A stretch of DNA of 63,782 nt, counting the filler, from Lenisia limosa (Eukaryota; Protista; Breviatea): NCBI GenBank assembly GCA_001655205.1. It is 10 parts of 10 records of this genome, joined end to end, with 100 filler letters (N's around TTAATTAATTAA, not from the genome) between each part and the next. Parts side by side here need not be neighbours in the genome. Positions count along the whole stretch, not along the records: positions 36,913 to 46,245 come from LPNZ01005566.1; positions 46,346 to 47,643 come from LPNZ01004228.1; positions 47,744 to 49,104 come from LPNZ01010750.1; positions 49,205 to 52,819 come from LPNZ01008954.1; 6 more parts are not named here. One strand, given 5' to 3'. Shown piece by piece: positions 36,913-49,686 of this stretch. The position numbers were made by a program, and so were the translations under genes. Under the pieces are notes generated by a model that saw only the letters and a list, made by a program, of their open reading frames with translations, did not search any database and was not told the DNA's origin. Position 1 is the first letter of the stretch. Every line of letters starts with the position of its first letter.

Positions 36913-39900
36913 GCGGTAAATGATAGAGCTTCACTTTCGGTTCCAAAAGACAAGCAAACTATGTCTTTTTTGTAACGAAAATTAAGCTTAAATGAGAGCA
37001 ACGGGACAATTATTATATATTTTACCGGTCTTTTTCGAAGCGAATTGAAGTCCAAGAAACAACGACCGAAGCTTAAAGCTCCAATGAAATCAGANNNNNN
37101 NNNNNNNNNNNNNNNNNNNNNNNNNNNNNNNNNNNNNNNNNNNNNNNNNNNNNNNNNNNNNNNNNNNNNNNNNNNNNNNNNNNNNNNNNNNNNNNNNNNN
37201 NNNNNNNNNNNNNNNNNNNNNNNNNNNNNNNNNNNNNNNNNNNNNNNNNNNNNNNNNNNNNNNNNNNNNNNNNNNNNNNNNNNNNNNNNNNNNNNNNNNN
37301 NNNNNNNNNNNNNNNNNNNNNNNNNNNNNNNNNCTGGCTGACAACACAAGAGCAAACACAGTGGTAAGACTTGAAAGAAAAAAGAATATGCGGATTTAAG
37401 GAGAATACAATTTCCCCTAAAATAACTAGTCAAATTTATACACTTAGGGCTTTCCTACGGTCCGAAAAAGGCCGTTAAAATATCGATATTTCTCGAGGAT
37501 TTCTCCGTAAATTCGGTCTTTAGGACCGTAAGGAAGCCCAGGACACACCAGTGTGTACTTTTAACATACTGTAGATGGCACTGTATTTTGCTTGTGGTAT
37601 ACCTATTATTTATTTGTTTCCCTAGATTTCTAATGGAAATTATTTCTCTTGTTTTAAAACGAAAACAGGTCAAGACTAATTCCGGTCACTATATGTGTGC
37701 GTGAAGGTTGAATCAAATAAGGATCCATCAAGGGGTTGGGGGGATAAGAGCTGTGTTGAGTTCTCTCCTAATATTCGAGTTGACACAGCCCCAGTCCCAG
37801 CCCCAGCCTGGTTACCTCCATAAGGTCCTGCGGGGCCAGAACTTCAGCTGTATTTGTGAATTGTTCGATATCGCTGAAGCAAATCGAGACTTGGCGCGGG
37901 ACTACGCCAACCTGGGGGAGAATTAAATTATAACACAAAAAAAAGTTTTAAATGCAGAAGTGTGTCAACGGTTTAATTTCAGAAATAACAAAGGTTGTGT
38001 CGAAAATAATTAGAAATAAAGTTTACCCTTATTTCGAAAAATCAATTCATGGACTATCCAAGTCACCTTGTTTTGATTTCTACTTTCATGTTCACTTTTA
38101 GAGCCTCTATTTTCAAATGTTTCAAAAAATTAAGTGACTCACAATAAAATGGAGGAAAAGGGGTTACGAAATAAAGAGTAGGAAAAGGGGGTGTTAACGG
38201 ATTATGAAATGGAGAGGAGGAAGAGTAGAAGCCGAAGATGGAAAAAGATATGCAGTTTATAACCAAGGCGCACCCCCCAAACAGAAGCCTCTTCGTTTTT
38301 GCTGTTGAGAAGAGTAACAACACTATCGGGGACATATCTGAAGGGGTTAGGAAAGCATGGTGTTTTTCATAGTTATTTAATATTAAAGTAAGAGGAATAA
38401 CATAAGTGGCTTGGGCTTCACTTCGGTTCGAAAAAAAGACTGAATGTCTCGATAAATCCTCGAAAACTATCGTTTTTTTAAATTAAACAGTCTTTTTCGA
38501 ACCCAAGTGAAGCCCTAGTTACAAAGCAGTCTCGATTGACGGGTAGATTATGGGGACAGCTTCACTTTGGTTCAAAAAAGACTCAATTTCTCGATAAATC
38601 CTCGAAACCTATACATGAGACCCAAAATTTAATTACCTTGAGAACGACACCAGATTTCTCCGCATGACAGCAAACGAGGATTGAAGCATCTTGACCTCGA
38701 ATAGGCCAGTGCTTTCAAGAGAATTCGACCTGGGGATGTTACTCTGTGTTATTTCTTATTGCATTCAACTCTCAACCACACTATGGCGCATTGACTTGGG
38801 GTTCTTGTGAACAAGTTGGAATTCACATTGGAATCACATGGAATTTTATGGAAATCGGAAGAAATTGACGTGATTTCCAAATAACACAGAGGAATCCCAA
38901 CTCGATGCGCCATTGGCAATCAAGTGGTTGCGTCACTGGCTTTCCATTCCCTCTCCAACCTGTGCAAGCCGCCGGACGTTTCAAAGTTGAATGAAGCAAC
39001 CTGGAGTTAGATGACAGCATATTTGGAATCTTCAATGTTGCTAAAATCAATGGCGATATGCCTGGAAGCAAAGGAAAGGAAAGGAAAAGGGAATATAAAG
39101 AGGGGAGTAAAGGCAAAAAAGAAAGAATTGCAGACGCAAGAAGCGACTTGTGCATATTTCAACCCATCTTGACACTTACCTGGTTCATTCGTTGAGTGAT
39201 TTGATGGATTGGTCTGGTGACCTTCTTTGTAACAAGCGTGCTTATGACGGTGCCGCTGGAAAAATCCATAAGAAATAGACATGCAGAAAAATAGCTTAGT
39301 CGCCAATAGCTCAACTGAATTACACTGTTGCAAAAAACAATGGGTCCACAAAAACAATGCATTACAAATCCATATCAAAATGTTGAATATTTCAGCGGTT
39401 TTTCAAGGAAGCAATACACATTGTACCTACATAGACATCCATATGATGTGTACAAGAAGCCCTATCAATGGTTTCACTTCGGTTAAAAAAAACTGAATTC
39501 TTGGTTGAAGGCTCGAAATTTCCCGAAATAATATTTATGACTTTTGAACCTCAATGTAGCTCCAAACCAAACCCCGCTAACATTGCAAGAGCGACAACAG
39601 AGACAGCAACGATCAGCATTACGGTGCTGCTGATCTTCTCGTCTAGCACCTCGTCAATTGAGTCGAACTAATGAGGGGGGGGGGGGTAAATTGAGAAAAT
39701 TTAAGAAAAAAAACAAGAAGCCCAAAATCAACTCTGTTGGTTAACAACCCACGAGGGATGGGAACAACAAAACAAACAAAGCCGAAGCCAGTCGCTTCTG
39801 TACCGAGTGACGAAAAGAACTAATATGGAGCAAAAATCCTAGGAAACCAAAAGGGGAATGTCATACATAAGACTGACACTCTTCTGAACTATCGAAGGTA

Positions 39901-42900
39901 GCCAGAATATACAATGAAGTATAATATCGTATGATATAATTATTCGGTAGCTTGCATACCATATGACTTTTTTTTACAATAGAAGTATTCTGTGATTCTA
40001 GTTAAGCGATGCGTATTCGGAAAGGATAGAATTATGTTATCTGGCAAAACCCTAAGTTCACTACCCCCAGCCAAAGGACTTAAACTCTTATGCTATCTAG
40101 CAAAGCTTTACCTCTCAACTTACCACATCATCATAGTCTGAAAAAGGAGTAACACAGACTACGACCATACGCAGAGAATGTTCCGTATCATAGCCTCCAA
40201 CCTAGCCAATCATATAATACAGCAATGAGAATAAAAAAACAAGGATGTATCTGACCGAAGCCGTTCACACCATCAAATTTATAAGAGATATTGAATGTAA
40301 AATATTAATTCACCCAATAGCTTTCTGCGTGCCTCCCAGGCATACGTTAATAAATCACGGAGAGATTTTGTAGTGATACTACATACAGCAGATATATACT
40401 AGCTAGGACTGACTCCATGCAATTTATTGAAAAATTAATTGCAAAATTTGAAGTGAAACATATTGAAAAACTCAATTTCAGACACCATATTTTCAAATTT
40501 TGCCAATTAATTTCTTCAAAAAACTAATTGCACGAAGTCGTAATGCTAGCTACTACCTACAAATTATATCAGTAGTGCATGACTACATACGTAAATATCT
40601 ACAGTTATGTATATGTATACATTGCCATGTAATTATGTATGTATGTATGTTGAAACAAAAATATGAAAATATGTAGGTACTATATATGTCAGACAAACAG
40701 AAAATGCTAACCCAATGCTAACCCCCCAACACTAATGACGCTACCCCTCTCACACTAATGACATAGTTATCAGCAGCAAAAGCCACCGTGTTGACCATTA
40801 GGCTGTTTAACGCCAAATCAAGATCTTGATCTTTTTCGAAGGGAAGAGCATTTTCACTAAGTGCGTAAAATCGACATATTTAAGAGAGCGTGGTGATTAT
40901 CTTGGCAGTAATTTACATCTACTTGTTTTTGGAGTTTTCATTCACCATGCCAATTTCACTTTTNNNNNNNNNNNNNNNNNNNNNNNNNNNNNNNNNNNNN
41001 NNNNNNNNNNNNNNNNNNNNNNNNNNNNNNNNNNNNNNNNNNNNNNNNNNNNNNNNNNNNNNNNNNNNATCTGGAGGGATAAACAAAGTTTGGAGAAGAA
41101 TTGAAGGAATCGTTATCACGGACGACCCGATTTCAATTCATGGAAAAAAACAGAAAATGCGAAAGAGTTAATAAGATTCAAAACTCTATAATTGAAAAGT
41201 GACTTTGGCGTTTTTATGTCACCCCGTTCCAAATACATTAGCAGGGCGCGGGTTCAGTGCGGTAACATTTCTTGACGCTTCAATAACATGTCCAGATTCG
41301 CTCAGAATAGCGACGATGGTGTTGGGAGACACTTTCAGGTTCTAAGAGACTTACAGGCATGATTATCATATCCGTGTGTAAATCGTTGACTGAGCAAACT
41401 AAAAATAGTTTTAGAAGCAGAACTGTGTTTAAAAACAGTTATGTTTCAATACAGGTGTGCACACAGAATACCAAACCATAACAAACTAATATTAAATATG
41501 TTATATCGAAAAACAAATTCACGTATTTTGTCCTGCCTTAGTTAAAGCAAAAAATATGGAGCCTATTTACAAAGCTAAACCGCCTTAATCCAGATACGGA
41601 GTTGCTGGCCAATTCTCTTTCAACAAATTACATGTACCCCTGTATTTTCACAAAGACAATAATTGAAAATTGCTGAAAAAAATATTATTTTTGAGTGAAC
41701 ATCAAACGATGCACAACAACGATTGAAGACAACTTTAAAATTTTACAAATCTATGTATAATAATATGTCAACATATATATTTATAAAATGAAGAATCCAA
41801 GACATGCGGCAAACCTGTAAAAACTCCTTGATTGTTCTCATGTTAACAGACACACCCAAAATGACACTGTCATTGACGCTAGTACCAGGGGTATACGGCA
41901 GTGGTTGATCTGTGTAGTGAGGAAAGCAGGGAACAAGGCAAGACAAACAAAATATGAAAATGCTTGTTTGAGTTTCATATAAGTCGAAAAAGACCGCTAA
42001 AATATTGATATTTATCAACAATTTATCGGGAAATTCAGTCTTTTTTTGGGAACGTTGGGAATGCCCAGATATATAATGTATGAAGAGTATACTAGTCATA
42101 CATACACAGTACAATTCATCACAAGTCTCTCGTGGCTTACACCATACTAGAGGAAAGGAAAATCATTGAAAGTATCATGGAATGAAATGAAATGCCTCCA
42201 CAATAACACAAGGGTTTCACTTTGGTTCGAAAAAGAACACTACGATATCGATAGTTTTCGAGGATTTATCGAGAAATTCAGTCTTTTTTTCGAACCGAAA
42301 TGAAACACTACTAACAGCCTACCCTTTTCAAATTCCGTTGATTGATTGACATGTAGTGCCATCCACATATCCGTGCCCATATCGCCATCACTCCACATGA
42401 TGAACCCCTCTTCAGTCCAACGCTAGTGAGAAAGGTTAGAACTGAAGCATGCTTGGGTGTTACAAATACGGGACATTTATTACCTGTGAGAATGAAAAGT
42501 TATCCTAGTCACTCTATGCCACACCCGATTGTATGACAAAAACGCACCCACGAATATTTAATCTCCGAAAAATCAAGGTAACTACAATCCCTTGCCCCCT
42601 CAAACAGGTCTCCCTTGACAATCGTTAACAGCGTGTGTGAGCCATTTCGTGTTGATGTCTTGCCATTCTTCTTCGGCCGCAATTATATAGCCCTTGCTGT
42701 CAAGCGCATCAAGATAGATCACGTTTTGCTGCTGCGGAGCAATTAAATTCAAATAGGTCTGACTGCTGCGGAAGATTTTCAGTTGTGAGATAAGAGGGAG
42801 GGAAACAGGAGACAATCAGGATGTGTAAAAGCACGGCAAAAAATTAACACTAATTCAAAATGAATTTCGAAGATATATCAAGTTAATAATCTATCAAAAA

Positions 42901-44627
42901 ATAGGGTATTAGTCTATAATCACCTTGACATAAGGTAGAATAGTAGATTTCAACCACTATTTCGAAAATATGAGAAACCACTAAGGCTTCACTTCGGTTC
43001 AGGAAAATATCGATAGTTTCCGAGGATTTATCGAGAAATTCAGTCTTTTTTCGTGAAGTCTTAGTAACCACCCACCATTGTTCTATTAGAACAGTACGTG
43101 CAGCCTGGGATTGATCCGTCGGTTGTGAGGGTCTCAGTCCAGAGTGAATAGTCCTCACCATACTGATTGACTGCAATAACCCAGTCTAAAAAGTCAGTTC
43201 AAACGGAGGAACTTGTAAAAAACAATTAAATTTAACAGCAGGGTAGTGTGATTACAGAAATTATACCATCACCACCTTTGGTTGCAAATGAGGTCCAAAT
43301 AGTAGCAGTGTCCATCACGGTTAAGCGCCACAGCACCTCGCGAAGAGCCTCGAGGTTGGTCGCAAGGTCGGTGTATTGGTAGGTGTTTGCAAGATCATAG
43401 ATAGTCCCTACTGGCTTCTACAAGGACATTAGAGAAAAAAAGTAGCGCAGTTTAATACTAAATTATTAATAAACGGAAAATCCAGCATATGCTCTAGTTT
43501 TGACATAGAAGAGGTCGCATTAAGCCAGATAAATTCGGACAACCCACCCATTCAATGATGTAACATAGAAGGCATTTACCGAATAATACCTCCTAGACTC
43601 TCAACCGGTATGCTATGCTGAAGCTGTTGCTGATGATAGCCTCTATAATGTATTTTTGATATCATGATGATATTTTCAATTTGTATTGTGGTTTCCATTG
43701 GGATGATATATACAACCTGTATCCCCTTTTTCATGAAGCAACCACAACCACAAGGCTATCGAGAACAACCCCTGAATCAAGGAGGAGTACTCCTCGGTAT
43801 AGATTAGGAATAGGTAATATGCTATCTATTATCTATACTCCTCCTAGCCTAAATCTCTACAGACCTCAAAATACATCTGGAAGTTGAGCACAACATTGTC
43901 AATGATCTCTCCATTGATCTAAAGAATTTGGGTGAGTATGTCATCCATTAATCTAAAGAGTAGGTGGTGAGGATGTCACTTTCCCTAACAATTATTTATC
44001 CCATGCCCAAAATTATACAGAAAATATAATAATAGTGCACCACGGTGGGTAGTTAACTGGTCAAAAAGCTAGGTCTCCCGTCCTGTTACCTCTTCAATGC
44101 TCCCAATCAAAGAATCGGTAAAGAGTGAATCGGATTCTTCGGAATAGTCAAGGAACACAAAAATGAACGAAGCGCACAGCCCTAAAGTGACCAGAAACAA
44201 GAGAAGTGCAGTCCTAAAAAGATTAAGCCAATGATGCGAGAAGGCCCTTGAGACCGAGGCAAACATGATAGTGAGGACGCTCCGGATGGAAATGCTGCTA
44301 TTTACTTCTTCTTCAAAGCAAGCATCACCGTTTAGAAGGCGAGAATCTCCAGACTACAAAGTTGTGAACTCTTGGTTCTCACCCCAAACCTGGAAGGATT
44401 TCTTTGAGCTTTGAAGTGAGACTATTGACTGAGTTATATTCTTGTCCAGCCCCTAAAAAGAGTGAAACAATCAGTCCGAAAGCTGCAAAGCCAAAGCCAC
44501 ATACAACATTGCCCTTCCAGAGGTAGCTCTCTGCTGATTCTTCTACTTTGGAAGCATTAAATTGCTTAATATCATCTTGAACAACATCGACAAAAGCTAC
44601 CTGCTCAACAGGAGCTTCAGTTCCCAT
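36913..44627 (-). CDS. Receptor-type class III adenylyl/guanylyl cyclase (TM - extracellular Cache-like - TM - HAMP - cyclase), 3' end missing
   Basis: ATG 44627. TM1 TALLLFLVTLGLCASFIFVFL; Cache-like NLKVSPNTIVAILSESGHVIEAS; TM2 TVMLIVAVSVVALAMLA; HAMP KVTRPIHQITQRMNQVASFNF; LFEVKMLQSSFAVMRRNLVSFSRYVPDSVV; cyclase start GVVPRQVSICFSDIEQFTNTAEVLAPQDLME (exon 37816-37911) carrying the metal-binding FSDI Asp. Confidence 0.88.
37447..37539. mobile_element. MITE family M, variant-TIR subfamily
   Basis: TIRs GGGCTTTCCTACGGTCC / GGACCGTAAGGAAGCCC around the same core. Confidence 0.85.
38413..38515. mobile_element. MITE family M copy
   Basis: Canonical TIRs and core; in a cyclase-gene intron. Confidence 0.9.
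39668..39790 (-). mobile_element. Intron-associated repeat family B (introner-like)
   Basis: Sense consensus TGTTGTTATCAACCCTCGTGTGTTGTCAGCCAACAGAGTTGATTTTGGG..TTTCATAAATTTTCCAATTTTACCCCC..AG. Also at ~2108-2202(-), 18880-19015(+), 45405-45610(+), 50335-50373(+), 50670-50770(+), 52920-53020(-), 53830-53900(-). Confidence 0.88.
40400..40552. mobile_element. Dispersed inverted-repeat element family G
   Basis: Imperfect termini AGCTAG..GACTCCATGCAATT / AATTGCACGAAGTC..CTAGCT. Its reverse complement matches 50775-50895 in a dynein intron (GTGTCTGAAAT..TCACTTCAAATTTT..CAATTAATT..AATTGCA.GGAG). Confidence 0.7.
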
Positions 44628-44908
44628 CTCTCTTCGTATATTCTGGAGAATTAATCGACTATTGTTATTTTCAGCGGGTCAAGGGGTCGTCAATGTTGTG
44701 TTCTTTTGAACAGGCCAATTGAGCTGATTTTTTTTAAAACCTTTAAATAATGTTACTAATGTAAACCAAGGTGAAAAACATAAAATAAACCTGGGGAAGT
44801 AACCAACAATTATTTCTATATATAACTGACAAGAAATATATTTCTGTTTTTACTGTTTTAACTATAGAGAGAGCGCCACTCGCGTTGTTTATAAGAAGGG
44901 CCGTCAAT

Positions 44909-46245
44909 ATGGGACGGCGAATGAGTAAAAAATGCCGGACTGAGACGTTTGTTGAATCAGGTAAGCCGGCTGGGACGTTTCATCCCTTATTAAGAATTTT
45001 CTTTATGTCACATTCATGCATTTCAGTCGGGATAGAGCATAAAGAGGAGCTACGCTTCCTTGTTTCACCTTATTCCTAGTTAAGCAGCCGTCTGCTGAGC
45101 CTAACTCTGGCTGCAATCCAGCAACATGGGTGTTATGGGGCACAGGCGAGAGCGGTAAGTCGACGCTGCATCGTCATTGGACACATCTCTTCGGGGACCG
45201 AGCCTCTCATGACGAGTCCGAGTGGAATCGCCAAATGCTGCAGTTGAACATGAAGGACACCATCAAGGTTATTCTCGAGAACATGGAGGTGAGCCACTGA
45301 ATTTGTATGGATTTACTTACCCGTCCCATTATTCTAAATTGTCTGCGCACACAACTTTCTGCGTGCCTCCCAGCACATATCATACTCTATCAGACTTTAT
45401 CGCTAACATGGTTGATTTTGGGCTTTTTTTTTGTTAAAGACAGTTTTCATCCCGTCAGCCAAAAGAGTTGCCTTGGGCTTTTTGTTTCATAAATTTCCTA
45501 TTTTACTTGTCTTTGTTTGTTTTGCTGTTATCAACCCTCGTGTGTTGTCAGCCAACAGAGTTGATTTTGGCTGTTTGTTTCATAAACGATCTTATTTTAT
45601 CTACCCCAGGATAACGGTATTCGCCTGCTGACCGCACAAGAGTCTGGCAGAATAATCAAAGACGCCGATGGTGGGTTTTTGGGTTATCTTGTGTATTTTG
45701 GTTATTTATTTAGTTAAGAGAAATTGGGGAAATAGGATAAGTTAAATTTATTTTTTAGACAATGTGAAGGGTTTCAGCTTGTGGAGTATTATGAAGGCTT
45801 TTAACTTAGAGTATCATAATGCGGTTTCTCTTTCAGCTTAAGTGAATACAATCGTCTTAGTAAATATCTTGCATGAGGAATCGTAGAATATCTCTATAAA
45901 TGTCTCTTTTTTAGCTTGGAACAATCATCCATCTTGATATCTTGTAGCAACATAATCATCTTCGAATATATTGTTTAGCTATCCATGTTTTGTAATCCCA
46001 GTAGTGATTCTGGACGGTTTCGGTCAGTTACTACCTTGCCCTATTTCCCACTCAACATCTATTTCTTTTTGAATATGGAACATTACCAGCCATTGTAGAA
46101 TACGAGGATCCAACCGAAGCTGAGCTGAAGGCTGCATTAGACATTGCCTGTGATCCTGCTTTCAAACAAATGATCAAAATCATGGGTGCGAGGGGGGCTT
46201 TCAGACAAATGATCAAAATCATGAGGGGGCTTTCAGGCAAATGAT
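44909..46245 (+). CDS. Divergent heterotrimeric G-protein alpha subunit-like gene, 5' part
   Basis: MGRRMS (MGxxxS myristoylation motif) splices in frame to exon 45080-45288 containing WVLWGTGESGKSTLHRHWTHLFG (G-alpha P-loop GxGESGKST). A later exon, ELKAALDIACDPAFKQM, resembles the helical-domain LW.DP motif. Confidence 0.75.
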
Positions 46246-46497
46246 NNNNNNNNNNNNNNNNNNNNNNNNNNNNNNNNNNNNNNNNNNNNTTAATTAATTA
46301 ANNNNNNNNNNNNNNNNNNNNNNNNNNNNNNNNNNNNNNNNNNNNCAGGCTGTAGAATCGACTGACCTGGGCTGTGTTGTTGTTTTCAACCCTCATGATT
46401 GAAAGGTTTTTTTTTTGTTATTTCATCATTTGAAAAAAACATCATAAAATGCTTAGGGGCTCTTTCCTCTATTTTAAAAGTCACCCTACCCACGATA

Positions 46498-47606
46498 ACC
46501 ACTCAGAAAGCTCCATGGACGTGAAATCTATGAACATCGATCCTTTCGTCATGGCTAAATGCTCCTCCGTGGGAAGGGGTTTCTATGTTGAGTTGTCAAG
46601 CAAATGATGGGTGAATTAGTGTTTATCTTACTATAATCATTAACCATTATAAACGTGATGGTGTGGACAGCTTCGACCTGGTACTCTTATTGTTTCTCAT
46701 TTCTACATATTAAGGCTTCTTTTAATTTCATTCACATTTTCAGGTCTGTATCGCGATGGTCCAACGTGGGTAGACGAGGCTACTGATATACGACATAATT
46801 AGGGCTTCAATTCGGCCTACACAGACCATAATCGATATTTTTCACCATACTCTTTTTATTAGTTATTAGTTCTCTACCTTGCGGGGGGGGGGGGNNNNNN
46901 NNNNNNNNNNNNNNNNNNNNNNNNNNNNNNNNNNNNNNNNNNNNNNNNNNNNNNNNNNNNNNNNNNNNNNNNNNNNNNNNNNNNNNNNNNNTAATGATTC
47001 GGGTTTTTCAACATACAATAAGCTTCATGAGTACATGCTCTTTACTGTTCTCATTTTGTTACTCATACTACATGGTGCGAGTTTCACAATGGGCCACTAT
47101 ATTTCAGAGTTGTCAGGCAAATGATTGGGTGAACTAGTTTAACCATTATAAACGTGATGGTGTGGACGGCTTCGGCCTAATACTCTTATTTTTTCTCATT
47201 TCTACATTATTTCTTACTCACAAATAACTATTGTAGTTGGTGAATCCGCGGTGATCACGCCGGACTCCTACTCATCCACATCTAGCCTCCCCAAGGTCAT
47301 GCTAAGCTCAGGCACTCCGGGTGGGTCTTAACTATTGCTGAGCTTTTTGTGTTAGGGCTTTTCTACTGTCCGGAAAATGACAGGTTGTCGAGAATTCAGT
47401 TTTGGAGTGAAGCCCTATGCTCAACACATACCGATAAATGAGCCTTATTTTGATGAGTATATGTATGTGAGTCACCTTTGCAGGCCAATACTTCCTGAAG
47501 GCTACCGGTCGCTCAGTAGCTGAGGAGTCAACCTGGTTCACTCTCATCCACCCCATCAAAAACATCACCATCGTCACCCAGCCTATGGGCCTCAACAACG
47601 ATGCGG
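46498..47606 (+). CDS. Hypothetical multi-exon fragment, beta-rich or surface-protein-like
   Basis: Exons ESSMDVKSMNIDPFVMAKCSS, VGESAVITPDSYSSTSSLPKVMLSSGTP, QYFLKATGRSVAEESTWFTLIHPIKNITIVTQPMGLNNDA. Confidence 0.4.
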
Positions 47607-48361
47607 TATGCACGTTGATATCGGGGTTTTATTATTTGTTGTCNNNNNNNNNNNNNNNNNNNNNNNNNNNNNNNNNNNNNNNNNNNNTTAATTAATTAAN
47701 NNNNNNNNNNNNNNNNNNNNNNNNNNNNNNNNNNNNNNNNNNNACATAATGAGGTGTCAGTATTTTGGACCCTGTCATTAAGATTGATTTTTAGTTTCAC
47801 CATATTAGCTCTTTTCAAAATGAGGTAAAAAACAGGTCATGTTCATTTTGTGCTAGTTAATGGTTTTAATCTCTTAGGCTGGCCTAAACATCATCGAAAA
47901 TGAATCTACTGTAAGAGAAGGGCAGTACTTGATATTGATTCTGGGGGGGGGGGGGCNNNNNNNNNNNNNNNNNNNNNNNNNNNNNNNNNNNNNNNNNNNN
48001 NNNNNNNNNNNNNNNNNNNNNNNNNNNNNNNNNNNNNNNNNNNNNNNNNNNNNNNNNNNNNNNNNNNNNNNNNNNNNNNNNNNNNNNNNNNNNNNNNNNN
48101 NNNNNNNNNNNNNNNNNNNNNNNNNNNNNNNNNNNNNNNNNNNNNNNNNNAAAATATTAAGCGTGGTGTGATACAACCCTTGTTTTATTTCTCATCTCTA
48201 TACACTGAGCGCGATAAGTCCTGACACGATTGACTAAAGATAAAGCTCAGTATCCGTGTCTGGATTTATTGCGGTCTGTGTGTATGATATGTATGTTTAT
48301 TTTATTTGTCATCTCTATATTATATGATATAGCATGTATGTGCATATAGTCACCATTGCAG

Positions 48362-48993
48362 GAAGACGAGTTTCCCGGGCTCAAGATCATGAGGGAGGAA
48401 GCCCATCTGAACCTTGCCAAGCTCACTGCCGCCACTGTGGGGGGGGGGGGGGNNNNNNNNNNNNNNNNNNNNNNNNNNNNNNNNNNNNNNNNNNNNNNNN
48501 NNNNNNNNNNNNNNNNNNNNNNNNNNNNNNNNNNNNNNNNNNNNNNNNNNNNNNNNNNNNNNNNNNNNNNNNNNNNNNNNNNNNNNNNTCCCAACGCCGG
48601 CGCATAAGGAGGAAAAGCACTACCGGTCGCGGATGGACGAGACGCCCAGTCACGGCGGCGGACTTTCTCGCGACGCCAAGAGTCGCGTTGAGCGTCAGGC
48701 TGATCGCCACCGTGATCGTAGGGGGTTGGACTAGCAATATGTGGTACCTTACGAGTCATTATTCTTCATCGAAATTTCCTTAGTTTTGCTAGTTGATTTT
48801 GGGTTTTTTTTGATTCATAAATTGCATTTGTTTTACCCCCCTCCCCTCCAGGCAACCGGAGTCGCGAGGACCGTGACCGTGATTATCGTGACCGTCGGAG
48901 CTCCAAAGACCGGCCGCGTAGTGAGCGCCGCGATAGAGACGACAAATATGAGCGCCGAGGCTCGGAGCGAAGAGGCTCTGAGAGGAGTGACAG
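48362..48993 (+). CDS. DHX38: PRP16/DHX38 pre-mRNA splicing helicase, N-terminal fragment
   Basis: EEKHYRSRMDETPSHGGGLSRDAKSRVERQADRHRDRRG matches the recalled DHX38 motif RHYRSARVETPSHPGGVS and is followed by an R/D/E-rich exon. The helicase core is not in the window. Confidence 0.62.
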
Positions 48994-49210
48994 GTTTGGG
49001 AGGTGTGGGGTGGAATTTAATATGTTAAGCCTACAGTGGATTCGGGTTTTTATTGTTTTTTCACAAATTTTCCAATTTTACTCCCCCCCCCCCTCCACTG
49101 GAGTNNNNNNNNNNNNNNNNNNNNNNNNNNNNNNNNNNNNNNNNNNNNTTAATTAATTAANNNNNNNNNNNNNNNNNNNNNNNNNNNNNNNNNNNNNNNN
49201 NNNNCCCCAG

Positions 49211-49636
49211 AGATTGGCAGGATATGGTCGACGAGTGGACGGCCATGCCTCTCATGTCGCTCGATCCGGATGTGATCCACCAGAAGGTCGTGCAATACTC
49301 CAAGACAGCTCACTCGCTTGATCGGTGAGAGGGTGTTTTAAGAGAAATCAAACGATATACGTTAGAAATCTAGGGAAGCAAATAAACACATTGGGATACG
49401 ATAAACAAATTACCATGCTTCTGCGAGTATGTTCCTTTGATGTGTGTGGATGCGGAGGGATGGGTGTGGGTTGTAGGGTCCGAAAAAAACCGGTTAAATT
49501 ATTTTTCGAGGATTTATCGAGAAATTTGGTCTCTTTTTTTGGTACCGTAGAGAAGGCCTAGCTATGTTACTTTGATGTGTGTGGGGGAGAGGGGGGGTTT
49601 TATCAATCATATCATATTTATTATTATTATTATTAT

Positions 49637-49686
<50 letters not shown>

